Source: an uncultured Planctomycetales bacterium (GTDB lineage Bacteria > Omnitrophota > Gorgyraeia > Zapsychrales > Fredricksoniimonadaceae). From it: a DNA stretch of 60,137 bases. Shown in pieces: positions 8,467 through 16,952 of this stretch. Every line of letters begins with the position of its first letter. Within the stretch, counting starts at the first letter, position 1. Below the pieces are notes generated by a model. The model saw nothing but the letters and a program-made list of their open reading frames with translations, was not told the DNA's origin and searched no databases. Location of the stretch: assembly GCA_964643325.1 (NCBI GenBank), contig CAZXSE010000007.1, forward strand, positions 1-60,137, given 5' to 3'. A program made the position numbers and the translations under genes.

Positions 8467-10296
8467 TTAATCCAACGCCTGCGAGATCTGGTCTTTCTTA
8501 TACTTATCCCCATCCGGCTGCTTTTGCTTATCAAGCACGAACCGGTTCAGCACCAGATAGTCCATGTTGGTGCACATAAAACAGCGGTACGCATCCTCGA
8601 GCGTACACACGATCGGCTCACCGCGAATATTGAACGATGTATTGATAATGACCGGGCATCCGGTCTTTTGATGGAACGCCTCGATGACCTTAAAATAAAA
8701 AGGATTGCGCTCCTCATTCACGGTCTGCACGCGCGCGGAATAATCCACATGCGTGATGGCCGGCACCGTCGAGCGCCTTACTTTAAGTTTGGCCAATCCC
8801 GTCAAGACCGTCTGCCGCGAAGCGGGATCTATCTGATGTTCTTTCACCTGGCCAACCATGAGCATGTAGGGGCTTTCATACGGCAGGTCAACAAAGTCCC
8901 CTGCCTTATCCTCGAGCATGCTCGGCGCGAACGGGCGGAACGACTCGCGGAACTTGATGCGCACATTCATCTGTTCCTGCATTGCCATGGATCGCGCGTC
9001 CCCGATGATGCTGCGCGCGCCCAGCGCCCGCGGCCCGAATTCCATGCGCCCCTGCACGAATCCGATCACCTGTTCGCCGGCGACCAGATCGGCGATACGC
9101 GTAAAGATCTTCTCCCCGTCGCACTTTTCATAGGGAACGCCTTTGCCCCGCAAGAAAGCCTCTACTTCATCATCCCTGTATCCCGGCCCAAGATACGAAC
9201 CCTTCTGAAGATCATGCACGCCATCCACCACGCGCGGATTACCCAAATACTGATACCAAACAAAAAGTGCCGCGCCCAATGCCCCGCCCGCATCACCCGC
9301 AGCCGGCTGTATCCAGATCTTCTTGAAAATATTCGCGCGCGCGATCTTCCCGTTCCCGACGCAATTAAGCGCCACGCCGCCGGCCAGGCACAAATTCTCC
9401 TGCCCCGTCACTTCGCGTACATGGCGCGCGGTCTTGAGCATGATCTCTTCGGTAACTTCCTGGATGGACTTTGCCATGTCCATGTCAAACTGCGACAAGG
9501 CCGTTTCAGGCTTGCGCGGCCCACGCCCGAACAAGCGATGAAAGCGCGCGCTGGTCATCGTTAGCCCGACGGGATAATTGAAATATTTCATGTTCAGCCG
9601 GAATGACCCGTCTGGCTTGATATCAACAAGTTCTTTACGGATCACGTCCGCGTATTTCGCTTCGCCGTAAGGCGCGAGCCCCATCAATTTATACTCGCCG
9701 GAATTAACGCGGAACCCGCAATAATAAGTCAATGCGGAATACAACAGGCCCAGCGAATGCGGAAAACGGATCTCATGCGAAAGCTTCAGCGCATTCCCCT
9801 CCCCCGTGCCAAAACTGGTCGTTGCCCATTCCCCGACGCCATCCATGGTCAGGATCGCCGCGCTTTTAAAGGGCGAGGGAAAGAATGCTGATGCCGCGTG
9901 CGATTCGTGATGCTCTGTAAAAAGAAGTTCTCCTTCAAAGCCTTCCAGCTTCGTTAAAAGCAGGTCCTTGAGGAATATCTTTTCTTTGAGCCAGACGGGC
10001 ATGGCCTTGAGGAACGACATCAGTCCCCGCGGGGCGTAATTCAGGTAGGTCAGCAATAACCGTTCAAGCTTCAGGAACGGCTTGTCATAGAAAGCGACGA
10101 ATGCAACGTCCTTGAGGGTAATGCCCGCTTCCTGCAAACAATACTGCACGGCATGCGCCGGGAATCCCGCGTCATGCTTCTTGCGCGTAAAACGTTCTTC
10201 CTGAGCCGCGGCAATGATCTCCCCGTCGCGAATGATCGCGGCAGCGCTGTCATGATAGAACGCGGAAATACCTAGGATATGAAGGGGTTTTGTCAT
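8467..10296 (-). CDS. Carbamoyltransferase (NodU/CmcH/TobZ/SxtI family)
   Basis: ILGISAFYHDSAA, EERFTRKKHD, GEYKLMGLAPYG, EFGPRALGARS, KFRESFRPFAP, NTSFNIRGEP. Confidence 0.95.
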   Translation of the reverse strand: MTKPLHILGISAFYHDSAAAIIRDGEIIAAAQEERFTRKKHDAGFPAHAVQYCLQEAGITLKDVAFVAFYDKPFLKLERLLLTYLNYAPRGLMSFLKAMPVWLKEKIFLKDLLLTKLEGFEGELLFTEHHESHAASAFFPSPFKSAAILTMDGVGEWATTSFGTGEGNALKLSHEIRFPHSLGLLYSALTYYCGFRVNSGEYKLMGLAPYGEAKYADVIRKELVDIKPDGSFRLNMKYFNYPVGLTMTSARFHRLFGRGPRKPETALSQFDMDMAKSIQEVTEEIMLKTARHVREVTGQENLCLAGGVALNCVGNGKIARANIFKKIWIQPAAGDAGGALGAALFVWYQYLGNPRVVDGVHDLQKGSYLGPGYRDDEVEAFLRGKGVPYEKCDGEKIFTRIADLVAGEQVIGFVQGRMEFGPRALGARSIIGDARSMAMQEQMNVRIKFRESFRPFAPSMLEDKAGDFVDLPYESPYMLMVGQVKEHQIDPASRQTVLTGLAKLKVRRSTVPAITHVDYSARVQTVNEERNPFYFKVIEAFHQKTGCPVIINTSFNIRGEPIVCTLEDAYRCFMCTNMDYLVLNRFVLDKQKQPDGDKYKKDQISQALD

Positions 10297-10715
10297 CAGG
10301 CAAAAGCGATATTGATCACATCATGCCGGCCAATAATGCCGACCAGTTTGTCGCCGTCATAGACAGGGATCGTCAGCACATCATTATTGTGCATCAAGCC
10401 GATGGCTTTCGCCGTGCTGTCGGTATGCTGCATCTTCAAGAACTGACGATTAACAAAAGTCCCGACAGGCTGATCCGCGACAACACCAAGCGCCTTCATC
10501 TTTTTGGCGCCGGATGAGAGCGCCATATTCATCAGGTCCACAAGATCCGCCGTCGTAAAGACGCCCAGCAACGTAGTCGGGTCCTGCGGATCAACGACCA
10601 GGATGCCATTGATCCGGTAACGCAGCAAAAGATGCGCCACATTACGGATCGACACATCCGCCTTCACCTTGATCGGATGGTCGTTCATGATGTCTTTAAC
10701 AGGAAGTTTCAACAT
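10296..10715 (-). CDS. CBS-pair domain protein
   Basis: VKDIM...LLGVFT..DL and IPVYDGDKLVGIIGRHD. Confidence 0.88.
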   Translation of the reverse strand: MLKLPVKDIMNDHPIKVKADVSIRNVAHLLLRYRINGILVVDPQDPTTLLGVFTTADLVDLMNMALSSGAKKMKALGVVADQPVGTFVNRQFLKMQHTDSTAKAIGLMHNNDVLTIPVYDGDKLVGIIGRHDVINIAFA

Positions 10716-10778
10716 GCGCGCATTACGCCGGAATGATCCTGGCGCCCCTATATTCTTTTATATCCATCCCCGGCCCTG

Positions 10779-11132
10779 TCAATGTTTGGGCTGACGCAAA
10801 AGACAAAAATGGTACAGCTTCAGGCATGTATCCTCGGCGGCAGGACTGTCAATGACAAAACCCAATCCCGCACTGTACTCACCTTCATCATTGGCAGGCT
10901 CGGCCCATTTGACCTCGCCGGTGAGGCTGATCGATCCTTCAAAAGGGATCTCCAATACCAGGCGCACCATCTGCCCCTGCTGGAACGCGACGGGCCCGAG
11001 AAGGGAACAGCCGTGCTGGTGCATATCAACGATGCGCGTCGTTTCATAACGGGCAGGCCCGTCCACAGCGCGGCATTTGGCCGCCATGTTAACGGGAATG
11101 CGCTGCCATTCCCTCTGCTCTCTATCGTACAT
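10779..11132 (-). CDS. PilZ domain protein
   Basis: REWQR (RxxxR), DMHQHG (variant of DxSxxG), GEVKW, AGLGF. Confidence 0.8.
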   Translation of the reverse strand: MYDREQREWQRIPVNMAAKCRAVDGPARYETTRIVDMHQHGCSLLGPVAFQQGQMVRLVLEIPFEGSISLTGEVKWAEPANDEGEYSAGLGFVIDSPAAEDTCLKLYHFCLLRQPKH

Positions 11133-11260
11133 ACGCCCCCTTAAGTCATCCTGATCAGGGCACGGGCAGCAAAAAGCCTCCGTGCATAAGCCTTATTAAA
11201 GCACGGAGGCTCTTGAGAAACAAGCGTAAAGGTGCGCAAACAACGCGCGCCTGCTCTGGC

Positions 11261-12937
11261 TTATGCGCCGGCCATGATCGCAGCCACATCCGCCTCGGCA
11301 GTTGTCGTCGGCCGGATCCCGAATTTCTCTACCAGGACCTTTGTAACGTTCGGCGACAGGAACCCGGGAAGGGTCGGCCCGAGCCTGATATCCTTAACAC
11401 CCAGATACAACAAGGCCAAAAGAACTGTGACAGCCTTCTGTTCATACCAGGCGATATCATAAGACACGGGGAGCTTATTGATATCGTCGAGACCGAAGAC
11501 CTCCTTGAGTTTCATCGCGATCACGGCCAGCGAATAAGAATCATTGCACTGCCCCGCATCCAGGACGCGCGGGATCCCGCCGATATCGCCCAAAGGCAGT
11601 TTGATGTAGCGGTATTTCGCGCATCCTGCCGTGAGGATCACGGTATCTTTCGGCAACGCGCTGGCAACATCCGTGAAATACTGACGGCTTCTCATGCGGC
11701 CGTCGCAGCCAGCCATGACCACAAAACGCTTGATCGCGCCGGACTTGACCGCTGCCACAACCTTATCCGCCAGGGCCATGACCTGCGCATGCGCAAACCC
11801 GCCGGTGATCGTGCCATCCTCGATCTGCTTCGGCGGCGGGCATTTCTTCGCAAGACTGATGATCGCGGAAAAATCCTTGCGCCCGTTATCCGGACGGTCC
11901 GCGATATGGGTCGCCCCCGGATATCCGACCGCACCCGTCGTGAACAAACGGCTCAGGTAGGTTCCCTTGACCGGGATAACACAATTGGTCGTCATCAGAA
12001 TAGGGCCGTTGAAACTCTCAAAGTCCTCATTCTGATGCCACCAGGAACTGCCATAATTACCGGCGAGATGATCGTATGCCTTGAGCTTCGGATAATAATG
12101 CGCGGGCAACATCTCGCTGTGCGTGTAAACATCAACGCCGCTGCCTTTGGTCTGTTCCAAAAGATCCTCCAGGTCCCGAAGATCATGCCCGGAGATCAGG
12201 ATGCCCGGGTTGCTGCGCACGCCGCACGCAACCTTCGTCATCTGCGGCGAGCCGAAGCGCGCCGTATTGGCGCCATCCAGAAGCGCCAATGTCTTGACCG
12301 CAAACTCGCCCACCTTCATGACCAGCCCAACCAACGCTTCAACCGGCATGTTCTTCGTCGTGGCCGCAAGCGCGGTCACCATATGTTCATAGATCGCCGC
12401 ATCTTCCTTCCCGAGCTCCGCCGCATGATGCGCGTACGCGCACATACCCTTGATGCCATAGGTCACCAGCTCGCGCAAAGAACGCACATCTTCATCCGCA
12501 GTCGCCAGGACGCCGACCTCGGTCGCTTTCGCGCGGATCTTTTCGTCGGTAGTAACCTCCCATGTGGCGCATTCCGGCAAAGGCGCGGTCTCGCCGCCGC
12601 AGGAACACCCGCAGCCTGCCCCGCAGCCGCCCAGCGCCTTCACCCGCCACGCGTCGCGGACCTTCGCGGCCTCGCGGATATAACGCATGATCGCGGCCTC
12701 ATCGAAATTGGCATTGGTGATCGTCGTAAATACCGCGGTCGTAATGAACTTGCCGGTCTTTAAGTCAACGGTCATCCCGACCTTGCGGGCCTCATCGACC
12801 CAAACGGCAATGCCTTTAACGATGAACAACAGCACATCCTGCAGCTGCGCCGTCGTGTCCTGCTTCCCGCAAACGCCCTTGATCTTGCAGCCCGTCCCGG
12901 CCGCGGTTTCCTGACATTGAAAACAGAACATACCCAT
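11261..12937 (-). CDS. hcp: Hydroxylamine reductase / hybrid-cluster protein
   Basis: MFCFQCQET...[33 protein letters not shown]. Confidence 0.97.
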   Translation of the reverse strand: MGMFCFQCQETAAGTGCKIKGVCGKQDTTAQLQDVLLFIVKGIAVWVDEARKVGMTVDLKTGKFITTAVFTTITNANFDEAAIMRYIREAAKVRDAWRVKALGGCGAGCGCSCGGETAPLPECATWEVTTDEKIRAKATEVGVLATADEDVRSLRELVTYGIKGMCAYAHHAAELGKEDAAIYEHMVTALAATTKNMPVEALVGLVMKVGEFAVKTLALLDGANTARFGSPQMTKVACGVRSNPGILISGHDLRDLEDLLEQTKGSGVDVYTHSEMLPAHYYPKLKAYDHLAGNYGSSWWHQNEDFESFNGPILMTTNCVIPVKGTYLSRLFTTGAVGYPGATHIADRPDNGRKDFSAIISLAKKCPPPKQIEDGTITGGFAHAQVMALADKVVAAVKSGAIKRFVVMAGCDGRMRSRQYFTDVASALPKDTVILTAGCAKYRYIKLPLGDIGGIPRVLDAGQCNDSYSLAVIAMKLKEVFGLDDINKLPVSYDIAWYEQKAVTVLLALLYLGVKDIRLGPTLPGFLSPNVTKVLVEKFGIRPTTTAEADVAAIMAGA

Positions 12938-12966
12938 ATGGATCCCCTTTTGCGTTAATGATGTTG

Positions 12967-13620
12967 TTAAACAATATCGCCCTGCAGGCCGATCGTATAT
13001 TCCTTGATGATCACGTTCTTTCCCGATCGCCGCACGGCATCTTCAACAATGCTGACAACGCCGCCGCAGCATGGCACTTCCATGCGCACCACGGTCACAG
13101 AACGCACCGTGTTCCGACGGAAGATATCCGTCAACTTTGCCGCATAACCATCAAGATCATCGTCGAGTTTCGGACAAAAGATGACCAGCGCCTTGCCTTT
13201 CAGGAATTTGCGATGGAAATCACCGTAAGAGAACGCGGCGCAATCCGCGCTGACCACAATATCAGCATCCTGAAAATACGACGCTCCCGGGTTCAAGAGT
13301 TTTAACTGCACGGGCCATTGGCGCAATTCCGAAGCAACGGCTCCCCCTGCCGGCGCCGCGGCAGAAGATCCGGCTACTGTACGAAAATCCCTGGCCATAG
13401 TGCCCGGGCATCCGCATGCCATGGGCGCGGGGTCATCAGCCGTGATCGTGATCGCCCCTTGAGGACACTCCCCCAGGCATGCTCCAAGCCCGTCGCAAAG
13501 CGACTGCGTCAACCGGGCTTTCCCGTCAACGATCGCAATAGCGCCTTCATGGCACGACGGAACGCACCGCCCGCAGCCATTGCATTTATCTTCATCTATA
13601 TGGATGGTATTCTTGATCAT
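12967..13620 (-). CDS. 4Fe-4S dicluster protein typical of hcp loci
   Basis: [11 protein letters not shown] and [30 protein letters not shown]; start ATG 13620 coupled to the Rrf2 stop. Confidence 0.88.
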   Translation of the reverse strand: MIKNTIHIDEDKCNGCGRCVPSCHEGAIAIVDGKARLTQSLCDGLGACLGECPQGAITITADDPAPMACGCPGTMARDFRTVAGSSAAAPAGGAVASELRQWPVQLKLLNPGASYFQDADIVVSADCAAFSYGDFHRKFLKGKALVIFCPKLDDDLDGYAAKLTDIFRRNTVRSVTVVRMEVPCCGGVVSIVEDAVRRSGKNVIIKEYTIGLQGDIV

Positions 13621-14024
13621 GCGCCCTTCCTTATCAGATCCGCCACCGTGACCGCCTTGAGCCGCGTCAGGAGCATCTGTTCCATGTCCGTGATCTCCCG
13701 GCGCAGCGGGCATGTGCTCCTGTGAGCGCACACCCGTTTCTTGAACAGGCAATCCCCGAGAGAAATATCCCCCTGAAAGACTTTCATGAGATCAGCAAGC
13801 CGGATCTTCAACGGAGCCATGGCCAGCCGAAAGCCGCCCTTATGCCCCTGCACCGAAGAAACATGCCCGGCCTGCTCCAAGACCTGCAATATCTTGCGCA
13901 TGAAAGGCCGCGGAAGCCCCAGGGCGCGATTAAGGTTTGCCGTCGAAACAAGCTCACCCTCATGTGCTGCCATATAAATGAGCGCCCGGATGGCATAATC
14001 TGTGCTCCGTGAAAGTAAATTCAT
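13617..14024 (-). CDS. Rrf2-family transcriptional regulator
   Basis: STDYAIRAL, FMRKILQVL, SVQGHKGGF, Cys cluster C-x5-C-x5-C; start ATG 14024. Confidence 0.92.
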   Translation of the reverse strand: MNLLSRSTDYAIRALIYMAAHEGELVSTANLNRALGLPRPFMRKILQVLEQAGHVSSVQGHKGGFRLAMAPLKIRLADLMKVFQGDISLGDCLFKKRVCAHRSTCPLRREITDMEQMLLTRLKAVTVADLIRKGA

Positions 14025-14029
14025 GTGAT

Positions 14030-14058
14030 AATGATACCACGCTAGTATCATTTGTCAA
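14030..14058 (-). promoter_or_regulatory. Sigma70 promoter (TTGACA-16-TATCAT, extended -10) overlapped by the palindrome AATGATAC-N7-GTATCATT
   Basis: Read directly; the palindrome spans 14030-14052 and the ATG lies 7 nt after the -10 element. Confidence 0.75.
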
Positions 14059-14093
14059 GAAAAAAATACGGGGGGCATGCCCCCGACGAGATG

Positions 14094-14465
14094 TTACGGG
14101 AATACAGCAGAACGGACGATCCTTAAAAGCTCTTTGTTGTCCCAGGGCTTCTGGATCAGATGCGCGACCCTGCGCTCTTTCACGATCCCGGCAAGCCCCT
14201 GAAGGTCCGTGCATCCCGAAAGCATGATCGCCTTGATCGGGCCATAACGCTCGTGCACCCTGGCAAGAAGCTCATCACCGGTCATCATCGGCATACGCTG
14301 GTCAACAATGAGCAGCGAAACCTGCCCGCCGCGCTGTTCAAGGGCCTGCAGGGCCGCAGGGCCATCAGGCGCCTGAATGACCTCGTAATCATCGAACGCA
14401 AGGCAGCGTTCCAGGCTGCTCAGGATGCCCGGTTCATCATCAACGCACAAGATGACGGGCTTCAT
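14094..14465 (-). CDS. Single-domain response regulator receiver
   Basis: ILCVDDE, IVDQRMP, MLSG, IQKPW; start ATG 14465. Confidence 0.88.
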   Translation of the reverse strand: MKPVILCVDDEPGILSSLERCLAFDDYEVIQAPDGPAALQALEQRGGQVSLLIVDQRMPMMTGDELLARVHERYGPIKAIMLSGCTDLQGLAGIVKERRVAHLIQKPWDNKELLRIVRSAVFP

Positions 14466-14899
14466 TGCACAAACTCCAGGCTGCCACCCCCGATCCGGCG
14501 GTAATAACACCCGAAACGGGTCTTTCCGGCGGCATCTTTCACGTGACAGGACCCCTTGCCCTTCATGGTCACGAGATACAAGAGCGAATTCTGGTCGCAA
14601 TTGACCCTGACCTCAACAATGGCCAGTTCATCGCCAGATGTCTTTCCCTTGACCCAAAGTTCGTTGCGCGACGTGCTCCAGAACGTGGCCAGGCCCGTGT
14701 CCAGCGTGTGCTTCAATGCCTGCGCGTTGGCATACGCCAGGATCAGCACTTCTTTGGTCGCAGCGTCCTGCACAACAACAGGAACGACCGGATCCGGGCT
14801 TTGCGCGATCTTGCGCAGTTTTTCAAAATCGACCAGAACATCCGTGCCATTCTCGATCGCCTGGTGCGTCAGCTCTTTCTTGCAGTCTTTACGGTCCAT
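14462..14899 (-). CDS. hisI: Phosphoribosyl-AMP cyclohydrolase
   Basis: FWSTSRNELWVKGKTSG, NCDQNSLL, GSCH, CYYR. Confidence 0.92.
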   Translation of the reverse strand: MDRKDCKKELTHQAIENGTDVLVDFEKLRKIAQSPDPVVPVVVQDAATKEVLILAYANAQALKHTLDTGLATFWSTSRNELWVKGKTSGDELAIVEVRVNCDQNSLLYLVTMKGKGSCHVKDAAGKTRFGCYYRRIGGGSLEFVQ

Positions 14900-14928
14900 A
14901 AGCCCCCGCGTATTATGCGCATCTTCTC

Positions 14929-15612
14929 TTAAAACCGGAAATTAAGGCTCGTGGCAACAGCGCTTCCCGTGCCGGCGGCCCCCTCAAGATTCACCCACAC
15001 TTTTTCGCCAAGAGGAATATCCACGCCAAGGATCATGTCCGTTCGGCGGCTCCCGCTGGGCGAAATACGTTTGCGTTCAACGCCTTGGCGATGGATATAA
15101 TCAGTAACCCCATAACGCACACCCGTATACGGCGTGCATTTCTTCAGGTCATACGAGATCAGGGCCGACCCCTGCCAATCGTCCAGGATCGCATTATGTT
15201 CAACGCCGCTGATCTCCCTGGTCTTGGGATGGATGCTGATATGTTGAAAACCTGTTACGATCTTGACCGGGCCGCCCTCATACAAACGGATGCGGAATCC
15301 GTAACCACCGCCCCAGACAGGATCCTTGTACTTGATCCGGTCGCCGCTGGCGGCCTTATGTTCGATCGTGCCCATGCTGGCCTTTAGATCCAGCGACAGC
15401 CAGTCCGTCACGCCATATGACAAAAGCACATGCTCCTGCCGGCTGCGCATATCGCCCTGATCGTTCTTCAAATGCCTGTCCATGATCTCATAATGCTGAA
15501 TGCCGGAAAAGAATTCCTTCTGCTTCGGCATCTTCGTGCCGTATGCCGGAGCCGCCGAGGCTGTGGGGCATATCAAGACAAGAACGAGCAAGGCGCACAT
15601 CATGCGATACAT
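14929..15612 (-). CDS. Predicted outer-membrane beta-barrel protein
   Basis: Signal peptide, amphipathic strands, C-terminal LNFRF. Confidence 0.6.
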   Translation of the reverse strand: MYRMMCALLVLVLICPTASAAPAYGTKMPKQKEFFSGIQHYEIMDRHLKNDQGDMRSRQEHVLLSYGVTDWLSLDLKASMGTIEHKAASGDRIKYKDPVWGGGYGFRIRLYEGGPVKIVTGFQHISIHPKTREISGVEHNAILDDWQGSALISYDLKKCTPYTGVRYGVTDYIHRQGVERKRISPSGSRRTDMILGVDIPLGEKVWVNLEGAAGTGSAVATSLNFRF

Positions 15613-15631
15613 AGCTATCCTCCATTAGTAT

Positions 15632-16594
15632 TCAAATGATCAGCCGCTGCAATGCATTGAACAAATAACCCGTCACGATAATGCCTGCGGTAGTGATGCC
15701 AAAAAAGATCAGGATCAGCTGCAGCCGCATGGCCCGGCGCAGCATCACAGCCTCAGGAAAACTGAGCGCCGCGATCGCCATCATGAACGCCAGCGCGGTC
15801 CCCAAGGGGATCCCTTTCTGAAAAAGCGCCACCGCGATCGGAACGATCGCCGCGCAGCTGCCGTACATGGGAACTCCGACGAGCGTTGCCAGCGGCACGG
15901 ACCAGAACCCGGTCGAGCGGATAAGCGCATCAACGGCCGACTGCGGCACGAAATTATGGATCACGGCGCCGAGCGCCACACCTGCCACGACCCAGATCCA
16001 GACCTTGCGCAAAATAGCCATTGCTTCGTCCCATCCATACTTCAAACGCGCCGCGAACGAGGGATGCGCATTATCCGCCGGGATCCCGGCTGCCGCGGGC
16101 GCCATGAAATCCTCAACAAGAAGGTGTTCAAGCTTCATGCGCCCCAGCACCGCCCCGCAAACAATACCGATCACCATGCCGCTGAGCGCATAGAGCACGG
16201 CGATCTTCCATCCAAAGAATCCAGCCATCAGGACCAGGACATACTCATTGACCAGCGGTGATGTGATGAGGAACGCGAACATCACGCCTAGCGGCGCTCC
16301 TGCCTTAAGGAATGCAAAGAAGATCGGGATGGAGGAACACGAACAGAACGGCGTCACCGCGCCAAAGAGCGCGGCCGCAACATAACCAAGTCCGCCGGGG
16401 ACTGTCATCCAGCGCTTGATGCGTTCGGCAGGGATAAATGTACGGATCACGCCGATAATAAAAATAAGAACGACCAGCATTCCCGTGATCTTAACCGTGT
16501 CATACAGAAAGAACGCAGCCGCCTCGCCTATGCGCGAAGAAGGATCAAAATGAAGAATATCAAATGCCAGCCAGCGCGTAAAGGTCAGCAGCAT
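15632..16594 (-). CDS. DUF318/ArsP-family permease
   Basis: TPFCSCSSIP, PLVNEY, GVPMYGSCA, LSFPEAVML. Confidence 0.9.
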   Translation of the reverse strand: MLLTFTRWLAFDILHFDPSSRIGEAAAFFLYDTVKITGMLVVLIFIIGVIRTFIPAERIKRWMTVPGGLGYVAAALFGAVTPFCSCSSIPIFFAFLKAGAPLGVMFAFLITSPLVNEYVLVLMAGFFGWKIAVLYALSGMVIGIVCGAVLGRMKLEHLLVEDFMAPAAAGIPADNAHPSFAARLKYGWDEAMAILRKVWIWVVAGVALGAVIHNFVPQSAVDALIRSTGFWSVPLATLVGVPMYGSCAAIVPIAVALFQKGIPLGTALAFMMAIAALSFPEAVMLRRAMRLQLILIFFGITTAGIIVTGYLFNALQRLII

Positions 16595-16737
16595 CCTTTA
16601 TTCTCCGGTTTCTTGGGCTCAGATGAACAGCAGCAGCAACCGCCGCTCTTAGCCTTAGCTTCCATCTTTTGATCCAGCGACTCCATCAACCGCGCGAAGA
16701 AACCTTTCTTGACGCCAGCCTTCTTGTCATCTGCCAT
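16585..16737 (-). CDS. Small Cys-rich protein, 50 aa (not in the ORF track)
   Basis: Manual translation MADDKKAGVKKGFFARLMESLDQKMEAKAKSGGCCCCSSEPKKPENKGCC; AGGAGG RBS; overlaps the permease start. Confidence 0.8.
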   Translation of the reverse strand: MADDKKAGVKKGFFARLMESLDQKMEAKAKSGGCCCCSSEPKKPENKGCC

Positions 16738-16833
16738 AACGATCCTCCTGTTCCTTATATGTCCCCGAAAAGCATCCTGCCGTAATGGAAAAAATCCCCA
16801 TTTTTTTCGTTCTATGTTAGAATTTTTGCCGTT

Positions 16834-16905
16834 GTCCCCTTAGCTTAACGGATAAAGCACAAGCCTCCGGAGCTTGGGATGAGGGTTCGATTCCCCCAGG
16901 GGACG
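16834..16905 (+). tRNA. tRNA-Arg (anticodon CCG), CCA not encoded
   Basis: Acceptor stem GTCCCCT/AGGGGAC, anticodon arm CAAGC-CTCCGGA-GCTTG, T-loop TTCGATT. Confidence 0.95.
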
Positions 16906-16952
16906 TTTTTTCAGTATTCTACACAAATCATAGCTGAAAGCAATAAGAGCCT

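Noticed and set aside
8458-9564. Long opposite-strand ORFs (e.g. 8458-9564, 11213-12763, 26716-27831, 29575-30612, 45817-47115, 51563-52726)
   Set aside because: They are antisense shadows of well-supported genes in GC-rich DNA, with no motifs or translation signals
7901-10296. Saxitoxin biosynthesis
   Set aside because: Only sxtI/J/K-like genes are present; sxtA, sxtG and the other core genes are absent, and this trio is widespread
16834-16905. tRNA as an island integration site; A-C mismatch in the T-stem
   Set aside because: No integrase or duplicated tRNA 3' end was seen and the flanks are housekeeping genes; a single T-stem mismatch is tolerated in tRNAs
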